DNA of 64,000 nt from Candidatus Eiseniibacteriota bacterium (lineage in GTDB: Bacteria > Eisenbacteria > RBG-16-71-46 > CAVPCR01), in NCBI GenBank assembly GCA_963823555.1, contig CAWGMA010000001.1, forward strand, positions 1,632,001-1,696,000, in the 5' to 3' direction. Shown one piece after another: positions 63,632 through 64,000 of the stretch. The notes below the pieces were generated by a model. That model was not told the DNA's origin. It was given only the letters and a program-made list of their open reading frames with translations, and did not search any database. The translations under genes were made by a program, and so were the position numbers. How positions within the stretch are numbered: position 1 is the stretch's first letter; each line of letters opens with the position of its first letter.

Positions 63632-64000
63632 CGACCGGCCGCGGCGCGCGGCGCGGCTCCGCCCTGCTGTTGCCGGCCCTGGCCATCGTGGCCCTGGTTG
63701 CGCTTTCGGTTCGACTGATCTACCTCGCCGAGATCCAGACGAGTCCCTTCTTCCACGTACCCGTCATCGATGCCGAGGCGTATGACGCGATGGCGCGCCG
63801 AATCGCGGCCGGCGACCTCGAGGGCGGGAAGACTGCCTTCTGGCAGGCACCGCTCTACCCCTACTTTCTGGCCGCTCTCCGTTCCCTGGCCATGGGGTCC
63901 ATCGGCGTTCGTGTCGTCCAGTTCGTCCTCGGCACGTTGACCGCGGTGCTCCTTGCTGGCCTTGCAGCCCGGCTTCTCGGGCGCCGTGCCGGACTCATGG
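63619..64000 (+). CDS. GT39/ArnT-like membrane glycosyltransferase, 3'-truncated by window edge
   Basis: Frame from GTG 63619: LSVRLIYL...PVIDAEAYDAMARRIA...FWQAPLYPYFLA...VQFVLG. Confidence 0.7.
   Translation, partial: MDRVATGRGARRGSALLLPALAIVALVALSVRLIYLAEIQTSPFFHVPVIDAEAYDAMARRIAAGDLEGGKTAFWQAPLYPYFLAALRSLAMGSIGVRVVQFVLGTLTAVLLAGLAARLLGRRAGLM

Overview
High-GC bacterial chromosomal segment. C-terminal FlgD-Ig/T9SS-like domains and a 'TWGxxKxxYR' tail suggest an FCB-superphylum candidate lineage such as Ca. Eisenbacteria (inference only). From left to right: (i) a 5'-truncated TPR-TlpA redoxin with a UxxC selenocysteine motif; a minus-strand thiolase/3-hydroxybutyryl-CoA dehydrogenase/acyl-CoA dehydrogenase/DUF362 operon; a selenocysteine formate dehydrogenase alpha subunit and its Fe-S beta subunit. 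(ii) A ~15 kb accessory island (9.4-24.4 kb) separating the FDH genes from their probable NrfD-type membrane subunit. It holds serine- and tyrosine-recombinase remnants, IS3/ISL3 debris, a 41-bp imperfect direct repeat pair, several secreted-protein genes, a DUF222-like HNH gene with a parS-like palindrome, three paralogous lipoproteins and an Hpt-REC-PAS-GGDEF(degenerate)-EAL gene. (iii) CoA-transferase/B12-mutase/MeaB genes, DUF3604, arsR-arsM, an MFS transporter and an FG-GAP protein. (iv) A long minus-strand housekeeping block, trpS-ruvB-queA-tgt-yajC-def-fmt-rsmB-PASTA-rpe-ffh-rpsP-khpA-rimM-trmD-rplS-rnhB-(membrane protein)-yraN. (v) An rpoZ-like gene, a heterodimeric ABC exporter, FmdB, an M36/M4-like peptidase, a TPR-like protein and a truncated GT-C glycosyltransferase. 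Indel clusters at 26.8-28.2 kb and 30.9-32.4 kb look like sequencing/assembly errors. The best novelty candidates are the recurrent TWG-x-x-K tail motif (six copies, two of them internal) and the ParB-DBD-like HNH gene carrying its own parS-like site. All family assignments are by eye, with no database searches.
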